Origin: Bacteroidales bacterium UBA1392 | GTDB lineage: Bacteria; Bacteroidota; Bacteroidia; Bacteroidales; UBA932 | Direction of reading: 5' to 3' | Length of the DNA: 64,000 nt | Assembly (NCBI GenBank): GCA_002305275.1 | Contig: DBQO01000020.1 | Span: 2,963-66,962 of the forward strand | Part shown: piece after piece, positions 1-10,041 of the stretch | Position numbering within the stretch: the stretch's first letter is position 1 | How the letters are laid out: each line of letters opens with the position of its first letter | The notes under the pieces: model-generated | Database searches by the model: none | Told to the model about the DNA's origin: nothing | Seen by the model: only the letters and a program-made list of their open reading frames with translations | Translations under genes and position numbers: made by a program

Positions 1-1
1 T

Positions 2-337
2 GATGAAGAATTTGATCAAACCTATAGATTTTTGGAGAAAATCAGGCCGGCATTTCTGCATATATTTCCCTATTCGAGAAGGGCCGGGACTCCGGCTGCG
101 GCTATGCCGGATCAGGTACCCGAAAATGTGAAAAGAGTACGTGTAGCACGACTTAAAGAGCTTTCCGATAGGTTAAATGAGGAATTTTGTGCTGCAAATA
201 AAGGTCGAACGCTGCCCGTGCTTTTTGAAAGCACCCGAAAGGGGGGTATGATGCTGGGGTATACCGACAATTATATAAAAGTAGAGCGTCCCTACGATCC
301 GGCGCTTATCGGCAGGATTTCGCAGGTGACGCTCTAA
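2..337 (+). CDS. radical-SAM methylthiotransferase (MiaB/MtaB/RimO family), C-terminal fragment; 5' end lies outside the window
   Basis: Frame 2 is open from base 2 (DEEFDQTYRFLEKIRPAFLHIFPYSRRAGTPAA...). This is the end of the radical-SAM core followed by a TRAM-like tail (GRTLPVLFES...YIKV). Stop TAA at 335-337. Confidence 0.7.
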   Translation, partial: DEEFDQTYRFLEKIRPAFLHIFPYSRRAGTPAAAMPDQVPENVKRVRVARLKELSDRLNEEFCAANKGRTLPVLFESTRKGGMMLGYTDNYIKVERPYDPALIGRISQVTL

Positions 338-357
338 ATCTCTACCTTTCGGTAAAC

Positions 358-2025
358 CTATTTCACAACCTTTATCTTTTCCCCGATCTCTTTGACTATA
401 GCACGTTTGAAGCGCTCATTGTAGCCCTTTTGAATAGGTCCCGGGGGAATTGTTGCCGAGTGCCCGTTGGTGATGAAGGCCCCTGTTTCATCCTGGCGTT
501 TGGTGTTTCCGTCTATATATTTTACGAGGAGGTATTTATCCAATTCGTTCCATTTCTCAAATAGCGCATCGGCTTCATTTATAGAGAATGTCGTAAGATA
601 TTTTACCGCTCTGCGAGGGGATTTTTTATGCAGGAGAAGGGCCTGTTCATCCGCAGAGGCGATTTTTTCCACCATTTCCTTTTCGTGGGCACGGACATTG
701 GCGACAACCTCAGCACCGATTTCGTCATAGCGCAAATATGCAAACTGCGCAATACGGTTGGTAAGCCAAAACATGGAAGTAGGAGAATACTCTATCATGC
801 TGCCGTTGCCGAGGGCATAGTGGTGAGAAATTGCTGTCGAAGAGGAGTATACGGGAGTCAGAGGTGAAGTGCCCGCATCATCTAAGGCAAACCAGAAGAT
901 TCCCCCTATCTCATCGGGGAACCGGTTACGAGCTTGTCCGACAAACCAAAATCCCGTCTGTTGAGTAGCAATTGCTCTTTCATTGATATACTCATCACCG
1001 TCGATTTCAAAACTCATAGGTCTCCAACGGTAGGGAAGTGTATTTCCTCCTGCTCCGATATCATTGCGCATATCGAAAGGCGTATCTTCAAAATGGTCCC
1101 TCATCATATCGGCAACCATGGTAACGGAGAGTTTATGTTTTGACTTGACAGAGAGAGGCAGCCTGTTTTTAGGATTATGCCCCGAAGCATGATCAATATA
1201 TTTGGACATATCTTCAGCGCCATGTTTATTAAAAAAACTCCAGACTCTCGCCTCGCATCCTCTCATGGCACCAAAATCGAGCGGACAATAGGTATCGGCG
1301 AAGCTGAATTCCTCATCCTTACCCTCAAATAGCCCCAGCTCCCTCGCATGTGAGATTACATCGGGTGAGAAGAGGCAATTTTCCGGATCATTAAGTGGAA
1401 ATGTGGTAATACGTGAACAGTTGGCATGGGCTGAAATATGGCCGTCAGGTATACGTACAGCCACCCAGACTGCTCCTTTACGGGTATTGACGCCATTTAC
1501 TACTTCGGGCTTGCGTGCGATGATTTCCAATATCCAGGCCTCCTCAGGATCAGCAAAGGAGATGGACTCTCCTGATGAGGCATAACCATATTGGTCGGCA
1601 AGCGAGGTATAAAGCAGTATCGCCTCACGTGCAGTCCGTGCCCTTTGCAGGGTAATATACATAAGTGATCCGTAGTCCAGTATGCCGTTGGGGTCCCTTA
1701 GCTCTTCCAACCCTCCCCAGGTTGATTCGCCTATGATAAGCTGGTGCTCATTCATGTTGCCGATGACGTTATAAGTCTTTTCTGCCTGAGGTATGGTACC
1801 GAGGTAGCGATCCTTGCCCCATTCATATACGGGGAGTAGTGTGCCTGCCTTGTATTTTGCTGCCGGATAGTGGACCAGCGTTCCATATCTGGTGTGACTG
1901 TCAGCCGCGTATGTGACCATTACGGATCCGTCGGTAGAGGCGCCTTTTGTAATGATAAGGTTGGTGCAAGTAAAACCTTTGATTGCTAATAGCAGAAGAG
2001 CTATTGTAAGTAGTGTACGTTTCAT
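358..2025 (-). CDS. C69-family (Ntn-type) dipeptidase, secreted
   Basis: 555 aa. Signal peptide followed by the nucleophile Cys context (GFTCTNLIITKGASTDGSVMV). Same architecture as the paralog at 46949-48565. Confidence 0.85.
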   Translation of the reverse strand: MKRTLLTIALLLLAIKGFTCTNLIITKGASTDGSVMVTYAADSHTRYGTLVHYPAAKYKAGTLLPVYEWGKDRYLGTIPQAEKTYNVIGNMNEHQLIIGESTWGGLEELRDPNGILDYGSLMYITLQRARTAREAILLYTSLADQYGYASSGESISFADPEEAWILEIIARKPEVVNGVNTRKGAVWVAVRIPDGHISAHANCSRITTFPLNDPENCLFSPDVISHARELGLFEGKDEEFSFADTYCPLDFGAMRGCEARVWSFFNKHGAEDMSKYIDHASGHNPKNRLPLSVKSKHKLSVTMVADMMRDHFEDTPFDMRNDIGAGGNTLPYRWRPMSFEIDGDEYINERAIATQQTGFWFVGQARNRFPDEIGGIFWFALDDAGTSPLTPVYSSSTAISHHYALGNGSMIEYSPTSMFWLTNRIAQFAYLRYDEIGAEVVANVRAHEKEMVEKIASADEQALLLHKKSPRRAVKYLTTFSINEADALFEKWNELDKYLLVKYIDGNTKRQDETGAFITNGHSATIPPGPIQKGYNERFKRAIVKEIGEKIKVVK

Positions 2026-2034
2026 AATCTATTA

Positions 2035-2826
2035 TCAAAATTCAATTGTGAGCCCGTCGTATGCAGGTTCTATGCTGAATGGTTGTTCGTGGAGTTCTTG
2101 TTTTAATTGTGCATGTTTAGGTAACTGGTGGGAGAGATGTGTGATAAAGGAGCGCTTTGCTCCAACTCTGCCGGCTACCTCCACAGCCTCGGGGAGTGAG
2201 TAATGGGAGATATGTGGCGTGCGTTTGACCGTATTGATGACAAAGAGCGATGTGTCTCTGAGTTTGTCATACTCTACATCCGGGATGTAATTGGCATCGG
2301 TTATATATGAAAGGCTGCCGATGCGGAATCCCAAAATAGGAAGACTGTAGTGCATCACCCTTATCGGAGTTATTGTAACCTTCCTCCCGTTGGCCCCTAT
2401 AATTGTGAAAGGATTTGAATCGATGATTTTTATGTTAAATTCAGGTATTCCGGGGTACTTATGTAGGGCAAATACATAGGAATACTCCATACGGAGAGAC
2501 TCCTCCACTCTCTCTTCGCAATAAATCGGGGTAGCGCATTTCTCCAAATAGTTGAGGGCACGAACATCGTCAAGTCCTCCCGTGTGATCTTTGTGCTGGT
2601 GTGTAAGAATGATGGCATCCAGATGGGAAATATTTTCGCGAAGCATCTGTTGTCTGAAGTCAGGTCCTGCATCTATGAGAATGGAAACCCCTTCATATAC
2701 CACTAGTGCTGAAGTCCTTAGTCTTTTATCCCGTACATCGGATGAAGAACAAACCTCACATTGACACCCTATCATAGGTATACCTTGTGACGTGCCTGTT
2801 CCTAAAAATGTAATCGTATTGCCCAT
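2035..2826 (-). CDS. MBL-fold metallo-hydrolase (PhnP-like)
   Basis: 263 aa. HxHxDH motif (LTHQHKDHTGG) and an N-terminal GTGTSQG plus CxCxxC segment. Confidence 0.8.
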   Translation of the reverse strand: MGNTITFLGTGTSQGIPMIGCQCEVCSSSDVRDKRLRTSALVVYEGVSILIDAGPDFRQQMLRENISHLDAIILTHQHKDHTGGLDDVRALNYLEKCATPIYCEERVEESLRMEYSYVFALHKYPGIPEFNIKIIDSNPFTIIGANGRKVTITPIRVMHYSLPILGFRIGSLSYITDANYIPDVEYDKLRDTSLFVINTVKRTPHISHYSLPEAVEVAGRVGAKRSFITHLSHQLPKHAQLKQELHEQPFSIEPAYDGLTIEF

Positions 2827-2853
2827 AACTCACAAAAGTAGTTAAAAAAAGAT

Positions 2854-2861
2854 TATTTTTG
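2854..2861 (+). promoter_or_regulatory. candidate Bacteroidota -7 promoter box
   Basis: TATTTTTG matches TAnnTTTG, about 30 nt upstream of ATG 2892. Confidence 0.4.
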
Positions 2862-2891
2862 CGTAAGAAACAGACCAATATACCCTTTAAT

Positions 2892-4085
2892 ATGAGCAAA
2901 AAAAGATTCAAAATTGGACTTCTTCCCAAAGTGTTGATTGCAATCGCTCTTGGAATACTCTTTTCACTATTCCTTCCGGAATGGGCAGTCAGGATTTTCA
3001 TAACCATCAATTCCATCTTCAGCAATTTTCTTGGTCTGATCATACCATTGCTCATTATAGGATTGATAGCTCCGGGTATTTTCGAGTTGGGTAAGGGTGC
3101 GGGGAAACTGCTGCTGATAACTGCCGCCATAGCCTACTTCTCTACGATATTTTCAGGTTTCTTCTCCTATTTCACCGCTAAGTGGAGTTATCCCCGCTTT
3201 CTGGGGGATTCGCTTACCTCACTTGGCAATATCGATATGTCCGGCGGTTTACAGCCCTATTTTACAATAGAGATGGAGCCTATTATGAGTGTTACGGCTG
3301 CTCTGGTCATTGCTTTTGTCATAGGCCTCGGCCTAACCTCCGTAAAAGGTGAGACTATGCGCAATTTTATGTTGGATTTCAAGGAGATAATATATATAGT
3401 CATTAAAGGGGTTATAATCCCACTTCTGCCACTCTTTATTTTTGGCATATTTCTCCAGATGGGAGCCGAAGGCAAAGTGAGTGCAATTATGGGAATGTTT
3501 ATCAAAATCATCGTGATTATCTTCATAATGCACATAATATTACTCGTGATGCAATTCGTAGTAGCCGGAGCTATAGCGCGTAAAAATCCTTTCAAAGCAC
3601 TTGCCACGATGCTACCGGCCTATATGACCGCCCTCGGCACTCAATCCTCCGCTGCAACCATCCCGGTAACCCTCGCCCAGACCATCAAAAACGGGGTGCG
3701 TGAAGAGGTGGCTGGTTTCGTAATCCCCTTATGCGCTACCATACACCTTGCAGGCAGTATTCTTAAAATTGTAGCTTGCGCTTACGCAATTTCCCTCAGT
3801 CTGGGAATGAATGTGGGACTTGACCTCTATGCAGGTTTTATATTAATGCTCGGAGTACTAATGGTAGCTGCTCCGGGTGTGCCGGGAGGTGCAATTATGG
3901 CCTCTATCGGTCTGATTGCTTCGATGCTCGGGTTCGATCCCTCCATGCAGGGTCTTATGATCGCCCTCTACATAGCTATGGATAGCTTCGGTACTGCCGC
4001 CAATGTCACGGGTGACGGTGCCATCGCACTTGTCATCAATACCATCAGAGCTAAATCTTCAAAAGAATCAGCAGTTGTCCAATGA
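2892..4085 (+). CDS. dicarboxylate/amino acid:cation symporter (DAACS, SstT/GltP-like)
   Basis: Polytopic membrane protein with a DAACS-like C-terminal region (AATIPVTL..., GDGAIALV). I chose ATG 2892 because the track's TTG 2859 lies inside the -7 box. Stop TGA overlaps the next ATG (ATGA at 4082-4085). Confidence 0.8.
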   Translation: MSKKRFKIGLLPKVLIAIALGILFSLFLPEWAVRIFITINSIFSNFLGLIIPLLIIGLIAPGIFELGKGAGKLLLITAAIAYFSTIFSGFFSYFTAKWSYPRFLGDSLTSLGNIDMSGGLQPYFTIEMEPIMSVTAALVIAFVIGLGLTSVKGETMRNFMLDFKEIIYIVIKGVIIPLLPLFIFGIFLQMGAEGKVSAIMGMFIKIIVIIFIMHIILLVMQFVVAGAIARKNPFKALATMLPAYMTALGTQSSAATIPVTLAQTIKNGVREEVAGFVIPLCATIHLAGSILKIVACAYAISLSLGMNVGLDLYAGFILMLGVLMVAAPGVPGGAIMASIGLIASMLGFDPSMQGLMIALYIAMDSFGTAANVTGDGAIALVINTIRAKSSKESAVVQ

Positions 4086-5680
4086 AGCGTCTATTATATT
4101 TTTTTCCTCTACTGGTCGTTGCACTCCTGTTCACTTCAGGTTGTAACCGTGCTCCCAAAGATGGCATTCATTCCATTACCGTCTGCACTACTACAGACCT
4201 GCACGGTGCCTATTTTGATTCTACCTATAACGAAGAGGCGCGACTCTCTTCGTTGGCCAATGTATCTGCCTACGTCAAACAACTTAGATCAAAGGGTATC
4301 AAGCCGGTACTGATAGATGTGGGAGACAATCTTCAGGGAGATAATGCAGCCTATTATTGCAACTATATTGATACGGTAAACGTGCATATTTTCGCAAGAG
4401 CTGCCGAATACATAGGCTACGATGCCATAGTAGTGGGCAATCACGATATTGAGGCGGGACATCAGGTCTATGACCGCTTCAGAGAGGGTAAAATCCCCTA
4501 TCTTGCATCCAACGCAATTATTGAGGGAAGTGATGGGGAACCCTATTTCCAACCCTATACTATCGTTACTCGCAAAGGAGTCAGGATAGCCATCATCGGT
4601 ATGACCAATGCCAATATTAAAAGTTGGCTCTCCGAAGAGCTCTGGGAGGGAATGGATTTCCTTAAAATATCCGATATTGCACAGGATTGGGTTGATGGCG
4701 TGCTTGACAAGGAAAGTCCGCATATCGTAATCCTTGCCTGCCATACGGGTAGTGGACACGGTCTTCCCGATATCGAAAATGAGGCGCGTTTTCTGGCTTC
4801 CAGTGTCAGGGGTGTGGATCTGGTGCTTGCCGGCCATGACCATCGTGCCGTTTCGGAAATTATCGACAACCCTGCCGGTGAGGTGTTGTTGATCAATGCA
4901 GGCGATCGTGCAACCCTTCTTGGGGAAGCCACATTTGAACTCGAAATTAAGGAGGGCAGTGTGATTTCAAAAAGAGTTGCTTCTTCGCGCCTGATCCCGA
5001 TGGCAGATGTAGAGCCTGATTCCCGTTATTCTGCTCGTTTTAAAAAGGATTTCAAGGCGGTCTATGAATTTGCTAATCGCGAAATGGGTACAATCTCTGA
5101 AGAGATCTATTTTGCCGATGCACTGGTGGGGCCCTCCTCATACATAGATCTTGTACACAAAGTGCAGCTGGATGCATCCGGAGCCGATATCTCCATCGCC
5201 GCACCTCTTTCGAGCAGCGGCATGATTCCTGCCGGAGTCATCAGATATCAGGACCTGGTTTTACTTTATAGATTTGAAAATTCATTGTTTGTCGTTGAAC
5301 TCACAGGTGCTCAAATCAGGGATTACCTGGAACTCTCATATTACAACTGGGTCAATAATATCGGTCCCGTTTATAATTTCGATTCTGCCGAAGGCATCAT
5401 CTACCGTGTGAAAAAGTCGGCACCGAGGGGCTCTATGGTGGAAATTATCTCAATGAGTGACGGATCACCATTCGATCCCTCAAGAAGCTACAAAGTGGCA
5501 ATAAGTTCATACAGAGCCAGCGGAGGAGGTAATCTGCTAAGGGATGGAGCAGGTGTAAGCCCTGATGCTCTGTCGGTTGTCGCCAGATATGGCGATATTA
5601 GAACCCTAATCGGAGAGTATATTTCTAAAGTGGGTACTGTGGTGCCGGAAACTCCAACCAACTGGATTTTTGTAAAATAA
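4082..5680 (+). CDS. bifunctional metallophosphatase/5'-nucleotidase lipoprotein
   Basis: 532 aa. Lipobox LFTSGC. Metallophosphoesterase motifs DVGDNLQGD, VVGNHDIE and AGHDH. Long C-terminal 5'-nucleotidase-type domain. Confidence 0.85.
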   Translation: MKRLLYFFPLLVVALLFTSGCNRAPKDGIHSITVCTTTDLHGAYFDSTYNEEARLSSLANVSAYVKQLRSKGIKPVLIDVGDNLQGDNAAYYCNYIDTVNVHIFARAAEYIGYDAIVVGNHDIEAGHQVYDRFREGKIPYLASNAIIEGSDGEPYFQPYTIVTRKGVRIAIIGMTNANIKSWLSEELWEGMDFLKISDIAQDWVDGVLDKESPHIVILACHTGSGHGLPDIENEARFLASSVRGVDLVLAGHDHRAVSEIIDNPAGEVLLINAGDRATLLGEATFELEIKEGSVISKRVASSRLIPMADVEPDSRYSARFKKDFKAVYEFANREMGTISEEIYFADALVGPSSYIDLVHKVQLDASGADISIAAPLSSSGMIPAGVIRYQDLVLLYRFENSLFVVELTGAQIRDYLELSYYNWVNNIGPVYNFDSAEGIIYRVKKSAPRGSMVEIISMSDGSPFDPSRSYKVAISSYRASGGGNLLRDGAGVSPDALSVVARYGDIRTLIGEYISKVGTVVPETPTNWIFVK

Positions 5681-5706
5681 ATCATTGCGGATAGGGGATT
5701 TTTATT

Positions 5707-5714
5707 TATCTTTG
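5707..5714 (+). promoter_or_regulatory. candidate -7 promoter box
   Basis: TATCTTTG matches TAnnTTTG, 14 nt upstream of ATG 5729. Confidence 0.35.
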
Positions 5715-5728
5715 TACATTGCGTTATT

Positions 5729-6010
5729 ATGGACGGAGAAGTGATCAATAGTTTGAAAGGAAAAATCGGGCAATTGATTGCAAGATGCGAAAAGCTCGAG
5801 AAGGAGAACGTACGCTTTTCAGAAAAGATCTCTGCTCTTGAAGCAACCAACGCAAAACAAATTGATATAATAAAACGATTAAAGGAACAGACAGAGAGAC
5901 AACAATTGATAGAGGCATTTGGGAACATGCCGGACCGGACGAAGGCGAAGAAGAGGGTTTCGGCCCTTATACGTGAGATAGACAGATGCATAAATCTGCT
6001 TAATGACTGA
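5729..6010 (+). CDS. small coiled-coil protein (possible ZapB-like partner of ZapA), hypothetical
   Basis: 93 aa, heptad-rich and charged. Lies directly upstream of zapA with a 5-nt gap. Confidence 0.6.
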   Translation: MDGEVINSLKGKIGQLIARCEKLEKENVRFSEKISALEATNAKQIDIIKRLKEQTERQQLIEAFGNMPDRTKAKKRVSALIREIDRCINLLND

Positions 6011-6015
6011 AGAAT

Positions 6016-6306
6016 ATGAAACAACGCATCACCATAAAGATTGCAGGGAAGGAATTTGAGTTGGATGTTGAGGCGGCGAGTGAAGAGAAGATACGAGCAG
6101 CAGTCAAAAGGATAAACCAAAGGATTTTTGAAAAATCAAATCGTTTTCCTATGGTACCCAGAGAGGAGATTTTGAGTGTAATACTCCTGGAAGAAGAGGT
6201 TCGGTTGGTAGAATTTGAAACACTCAGAGATAAGGAGAAAGAGAATTTATTGCAACAATTGCATACCCTGGACGAAAGATTGGGAGAGTATTTAATCGGC
6301 CGTTAG
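6016..6306 (+). CDS. zapA: cell division protein ZapA
   Basis: 96 aa. ZapA-like N-terminus (ITIKIAGKEFELDV...EEKIRAAVKRINQ) and the zapA-rny synteny typical of Bacteroidota. Confidence 0.75.
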   Translation: MKQRITIKIAGKEFELDVEAASEEKIRAAVKRINQRIFEKSNRFPMVPREEILSVILLEEEVRLVEFETLRDKEKENLLQQLHTLDERLGEYLIGR

Positions 6307-6567
6307 TTCCGCTCTTTGCTGAAATCAACGCTAAAAATCATCACGAGCCAACTCGATTGTTAAAAACAGGCCTCTCGTGACCCTGCAAGGGGGATTCCAT
6401 TTATGGGACATAGGAAGTTTGAGACAAATATCGGAGCTCAAATCTTATTTTATAAGATTTCTGATAGACCGGGCTAACGGCTTTTCTATAAATTGTAAGT
6501 ATTTCTGTTGTTCGCTTTTTTCAAAAAAGGGAATTTTTGCACTATTTAATACTATATACTTACAATC

Positions 6568-8106
6568 ATGTTAAACACAATTATTATTACAGCGATAGTT
6601 TCTGCCGTAGTTACGATAGGAGCCTATCTGCTCGTAAGGGACGTCATATTAAAGAAAAAGAAAGCACAAATCATCATCAACGCTGAAAAAGAGGGGGAAG
6701 ACATCAAAAAAGAGAAGATTTTTCAGGCTAAGGAAAAATTCCTCCAACTCAAGAGCGAACATGAGACCTTCATAAACGAACGCAATGCTCAGGTTCAGCA
6801 ATACGAAAATAAAGTAAAACAGAAGGAACTGGTTCTCAACCAGCAAAATTCCGAGCTGGGTCGTAAACAGAAAGAGGTGGACAGCATTCGCGAGAACCTC
6901 AAAAGTCAGCTCGATATTGTAAACCGCAAGAGCGAAGAATACGACAAATATAAAAACGAGGTAATTTCCAAACTTGAAGAAGTTGCAGAAATGACTGCGG
7001 CAGAGGCAAAAAACCAACTTTTGGAGAGTATGAAGGCCGAGGCCAAGACCGAAGCGATGTCCTATATCAGCGATGTGATGGACGAAGCGCGTATGACGGC
7101 CAGCAAAGAGGCAAAACGCATAGTAATAAATACCATCCAGCGTACTGCACCTGAGACGGCCATTGAAAATGCGGTTACTGTCTTCAATATAGAAAGTGAT
7201 GAGATCAAAGGACGTATCATTGGTCGTGAAGGGCGTAATATCCGTGCACTCGAAGCTGCCACCGGCGTGGAAATAGTTGTGGATGATACACCTGAAGCCA
7301 TTCTTCTCTCTGCATTCGACCCTGTCCGTCGTGAAGTGGCAAGACTTGCACTTCACCAGTTGGTAACAGATGGTCGCATCCACCCTGCACGCATAGAAGA
7401 GGTTGTGGCTAAGGTACAGAAACAGTTGGATGACGAGATTATGGAGACGGGGAAGCGCACCTGTATCGATCTGGGTGTCCACGGACTCCATATGGAATTG
7501 ATCCGCTTGATAGGCCGTATGAAGTACCGTTCATCTTATGGACAGAACCTACTCCAGCACTCGCGGGAAGTGGCAAATATTTGCTCCACCATGGCTGCCG
7601 AACTTGGTCTCAACGCAAAGGTTGCCAAACGTGCCGGCCTCCTGCACGATATAGGAAAGGTTTCCGATGAGGATTCTGAGCTGCCCCATGCTTTGCTGGG
7701 TATGCGTATTGCGGAACGATATAAGGAGAAGCCGGAAGTTTGCAATGCCATAGGCTCTCACCATGAAGAGATGGAGATGAAATCTCTCATAGCTCCGCTG
7801 GTAATGGTGGGTGATGCCATTTCGGGTGCCCGTCCGGGTGCTCGCCGCGAAGTTATCGAATCTTATATCAAACGTCTAAAAGATATGGAAGGCATTGCTC
7901 TTTCACATCCGGGCGTTACCAAGACTTATGCCATACAGGCCGGAAGGGAGCTGCGCGTAATAGTAGGGGCCGAAGAGGTTTCAGATCAGCAGTGTGATGC
8001 TCTGTCTGCCGACATAGCCCGCAAAATTCAGGAGGAAATGGTTTACCCCGGTCAAATCAAGATTACAGTGATCCGCGAGACTCGCAGTGTCGCATTTGCA
8101 AAATAA
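6568..8106 (+). CDS. rny: ribonuclease Y
   Basis: 512 aa. N-terminal TM helix, long coiled coil, KH domain ([15 protein letters not shown]) and HD domain (LLHDIGK). Confidence 0.95.
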   Translation: MLNTIIITAIVSAVVTIGAYLLVRDVILKKKKAQIIINAEKEGEDIKKEKIFQAKEKFLQLKSEHETFINERNAQVQQYENKVKQKELVLNQQNSELGRKQKEVDSIRENLKSQLDIVNRKSEEYDKYKNEVISKLEEVAEMTAAEAKNQLLESMKAEAKTEAMSYISDVMDEARMTASKEAKRIVINTIQRTAPETAIENAVTVFNIESDEIKGRIIGREGRNIRALEAATGVEIVVDDTPEAILLSAFDPVRREVARLALHQLVTDGRIHPARIEEVVAKVQKQLDDEIMETGKRTCIDLGVHGLHMELIRLIGRMKYRSSYGQNLLQHSREVANICSTMAAELGLNAKVAKRAGLLHDIGKVSDEDSELPHALLGMRIAERYKEKPEVCNAIGSHHEEMEMKSLIAPLVMVGDAISGARPGARREVIESYIKRLKDMEGIALSHPGVTKTYAIQAGRELRVIVGAEEVSDQQCDALSADIARKIQEEMVYPGQIKITVIRETRSVAFAK

Positions 8107-8112
8107 ATTATC

Positions 8113-8415
8113 ATGGAAGAGAATAAAAACACAGGAATCAGTATCACTCCCGAAGTGGCAAGGGGAGTCTATTCTAACCTTGTATTTATCAACCACTCCA
8201 ATTCCGAGTTTGTGCTTGACTTTATACAGGTGATGCCGGGAATGCCCCAGCCTAATGTCAATAGCCGCATTATCCTGGCTCCGGAACATGCCAAACGTCT
8301 TTTGAAGGCGCTTGAGGATAATGTAGGCAAATACGAAATGACTTTTGGTGAGATCGTTATTCGAGAACCGCAGCCTGCCAATGTGCCTCCGATGGCATTC
8401 GGCGGAGAAGCGTGA
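8113..8415 (+). CDS. DUF3467-like small protein
   Basis: 100 aa. Has YSNLVFINHSNSEFVLDF, which I recall as characteristic of DUF3467. Lies 6 nt after rny. Confidence 0.7.
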   Translation: MEENKNTGISITPEVARGVYSNLVFINHSNSEFVLDFIQVMPGMPQPNVNSRIILAPEHAKRLLKALEDNVGKYEMTFGEIVIREPQPANVPPMAFGGEA

Positions 8416-8416
8416 A

Positions 8417-8451
8417 ATAGTATGTAGTGTGTAGTATGTAGTATGTAGTAA
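8417..8451 (+). repeat. heptanucleotide tandem repeat, 5 units (ATAGTAT GTAGTGT GTAGTAT GTAGTAT GTAGTAA)
   Basis: Read directly. Starts 2 nt after the TGA stop and contains no C. The first 26 nt are identical to 31347-31372. Confidence 0.9.
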
Positions 8452-8635
8452 AAGGGATTTAGGAGTTGGGATTTATGGAAAAGGAAGAAAGTTTTGTGAT
8501 TTTGAAATTTTATAACAATCCCACAGGATTTGGAGTCTCACAGAACTCTCTACATAAACCAAAAAATAGTTCCGAACTCATACCTAACTACTAAAAAACT
8601 TACTCATAACTACCGACTATTTACTTGAAACTATA

Positions 8636-8673
8636 AAAATGGGGATCAGTTTGTGATGTGACCCCCATTTTTT
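8636..8673. terminator. bidirectional intrinsic terminator between DUF3467 (+) and the oxidoreductase operon (-)
   Basis: AAAATGGGG...CCCCATTTT stem with an A-tract on the left and a T-tract on the right. Confidence 0.6.
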
Positions 8674-8694
8674 GTACTATTCGTATCTATTCCT

Positions 8695-9237
8695 TTACAA
8701 AATCTCAACTGCCTTCATTCCGATGCTGATTGCCTGCTCATTCATCGGTATCAGACCGTGATGGCGTTCCGGAAGGGACTTCCTGAGCCCTTCGAGGACA
8801 TTAGCCATAGTCACGATTGGCTTGACTTTGAGGTAGGCACCAAGAACAATCATATTGTAAGCTTTGGCATTGCCAAGTTTTGCAGCCTCATCTGCCGCAG
8901 CTATGCGACAAACTTTTATATCTTTCCTTTCGGGATGGCGCGTAATGCCATTAGGATCGTAAATGAGGACTCCTCCCGGCTTTACCCTACTCTCAAACTT
9001 GTCGAGCGACTGCTGATTGAGTATGATTGCAGTGTCAAATCTGCTGAGTATGGGCGAGCTGATCTTATTGTCGCTAAGAATAACGCTCACATTACAGGTG
9101 CCACCACGCATCTCAGGGCCGTATGACGGCATCCAAGTGACTTCCTGATCCTGCATTATGCCTCCATAAGCCAAAATTTTGCCCATAGAGAGGACTCCCT
9201 GTCCTCCGAAACCTGCTATAATAATCTCTTCTTTCAT
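8695..9237 (-). CDS. 2-oxoacid:ferredoxin oxidoreductase, gamma subunit
   Basis: MKEEIIIAGFGGQGV start, typical of gamma subunits. I chose ATG 9237 over the track's TTG 9258. Confidence 0.85.
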   Translation of the reverse strand: MKEEIIIAGFGGQGVLSMGKILAYGGIMQDQEVTWMPSYGPEMRGGTCNVSVILSDNKISSPILSRFDTAIILNQQSLDKFESRVKPGGVLIYDPNGITRHPERKDIKVCRIAAADEAAKLGNAKAYNMIVLGAYLKVKPIVTMANVLEGLRKSLPERHHGLIPMNEQAISIGMKAVEIL

Positions 9238-9274
9238 ATCATCTATTTTATTAATCAAAATAATACGGAGGTTC

Positions 9275-10036
9275 TTAACGATCCTTCAAATCACCAAGGG
9301 GATACTCGGGGAACATATTCTCCTCCATCCATTTATTTGCCTCTACGGGCGACACTTTCCATCCGGAATTACAGGTACTTACCACCTCGATAAATGATGT
9401 TCCTTTGTCCATCATGGAGTTTTCGAAAGCTTTGCGTATAGCTCTCTTGGCTTTGCGTACCGCACCGGGAGTCTGTACGGATTGCCTGGTCACGTAGCAA
9501 GTGCCATCGAGTTGAGCAAGAAGTTCGGTAATTTTTAGAGGGTAGCCGTTGAGCTTAACGTCACGTCCATAAGGGGTTGTGGCTGTCACCTGCCCGATCA
9601 GGGTGGTAGGAGCCATTTGGCCTCCGGTCATGCCGTAGATTGCGTTGTTGATAAAGATGACAACTATATTTTCCCCACGGTTGCAGGCATGCAAAATCTC
9701 GGCAGTACCTATAGAAGCTAGGTCACCGTCTCCCTGATATGTGAAGACATATTTGTCGGGCATCAGGCGTTTGGTGGCAGTTGCAAGTGCCGGAGCGCGT
9801 CCATGTGCAGCTTGCTGCCAGTCTATGTCAAGATAGTTGTAGGCGAACACGGAGCAGCCCACAGGAGAAATACCTATGGTCTTGTCCTGAATTCCCATCT
9901 CCTCAATAACCTCGGCAATAATCTTGTGGACCGTGCCGTGAGAGCAGCCCGGGCAATAGTGCATTACTGCATCCTTAAGTACGGGAGTTTTACCGTAAAC
10001 CTTGTTTTCAGGTTTTATTATATCATTGATCTCCAT
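9275..10036 (-). CDS. 2-oxoacid:ferredoxin oxidoreductase, beta (TPP-binding) subunit
   Basis: 253 aa. CPGCSHG and GDGD...NN TPP-binding motifs. Confidence 0.9.
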   Translation of the reverse strand: MEINDIIKPENKVYGKTPVLKDAVMHYCPGCSHGTVHKIIAEVIEEMGIQDKTIGISPVGCSVFAYNYLDIDWQQAAHGRAPALATATKRLMPDKYVFTYQGDGDLASIGTAEILHACNRGENIVVIFINNAIYGMTGGQMAPTTLIGQVTATTPYGRDVKLNGYPLKITELLAQLDGTCYVTRQSVQTPGAVRKAKRAIRKAFENSMMDKGTSFIEVVSTCNSGWKVSPVEANKWMEENMFPEYPLGDLKDR

Positions 10037-10041
10037 AGTCG

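Noticed and set aside
2859-2891. N-terminal extensions in the ORF track starting at TTG/GTG or upstream ATG (2859, 9258, 11148, 13610, 15038, 20498, 24130, 29951, 46864, 50776, 53288, 59952)
   Set aside because: In each case an in-frame ATG a few codons downstream gives the family-typical N-terminus or signal peptide. It also removes overlap with a promoter box, terminator hairpin or neighbouring gene.
6307-6567. 6S RNA (ssrS) downstream of zapA, by analogy with E. coli
   Set aside because: I could not find complementary 5' and 3' closing stems or a central-bubble architecture. Only short local hairpins are present. I kept the region as a low-interest finding, not as a feature.
6377-6574. 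65-aa plus-strand ORF in the zapA-rny spacer
   Set aside because: It has a non-ATG start and a Cys/Phe-rich low-complexity product, and it overlaps the rny start. It is most likely non-coding leader sequence.
8475-8594. 39-aa ORF (MEKEESFVILKFYNNPTGFGVSQNSLHKPKNSSELIPNY) preceded by AGGAG
   Set aside because: It lies wholly within the degenerate repeat spacer. It has no hydrophobic or otherwise recognisable features. Shine-Dalgarno use is atypical for this phylum. It cannot be supported without conservation or ribosome-profiling data.
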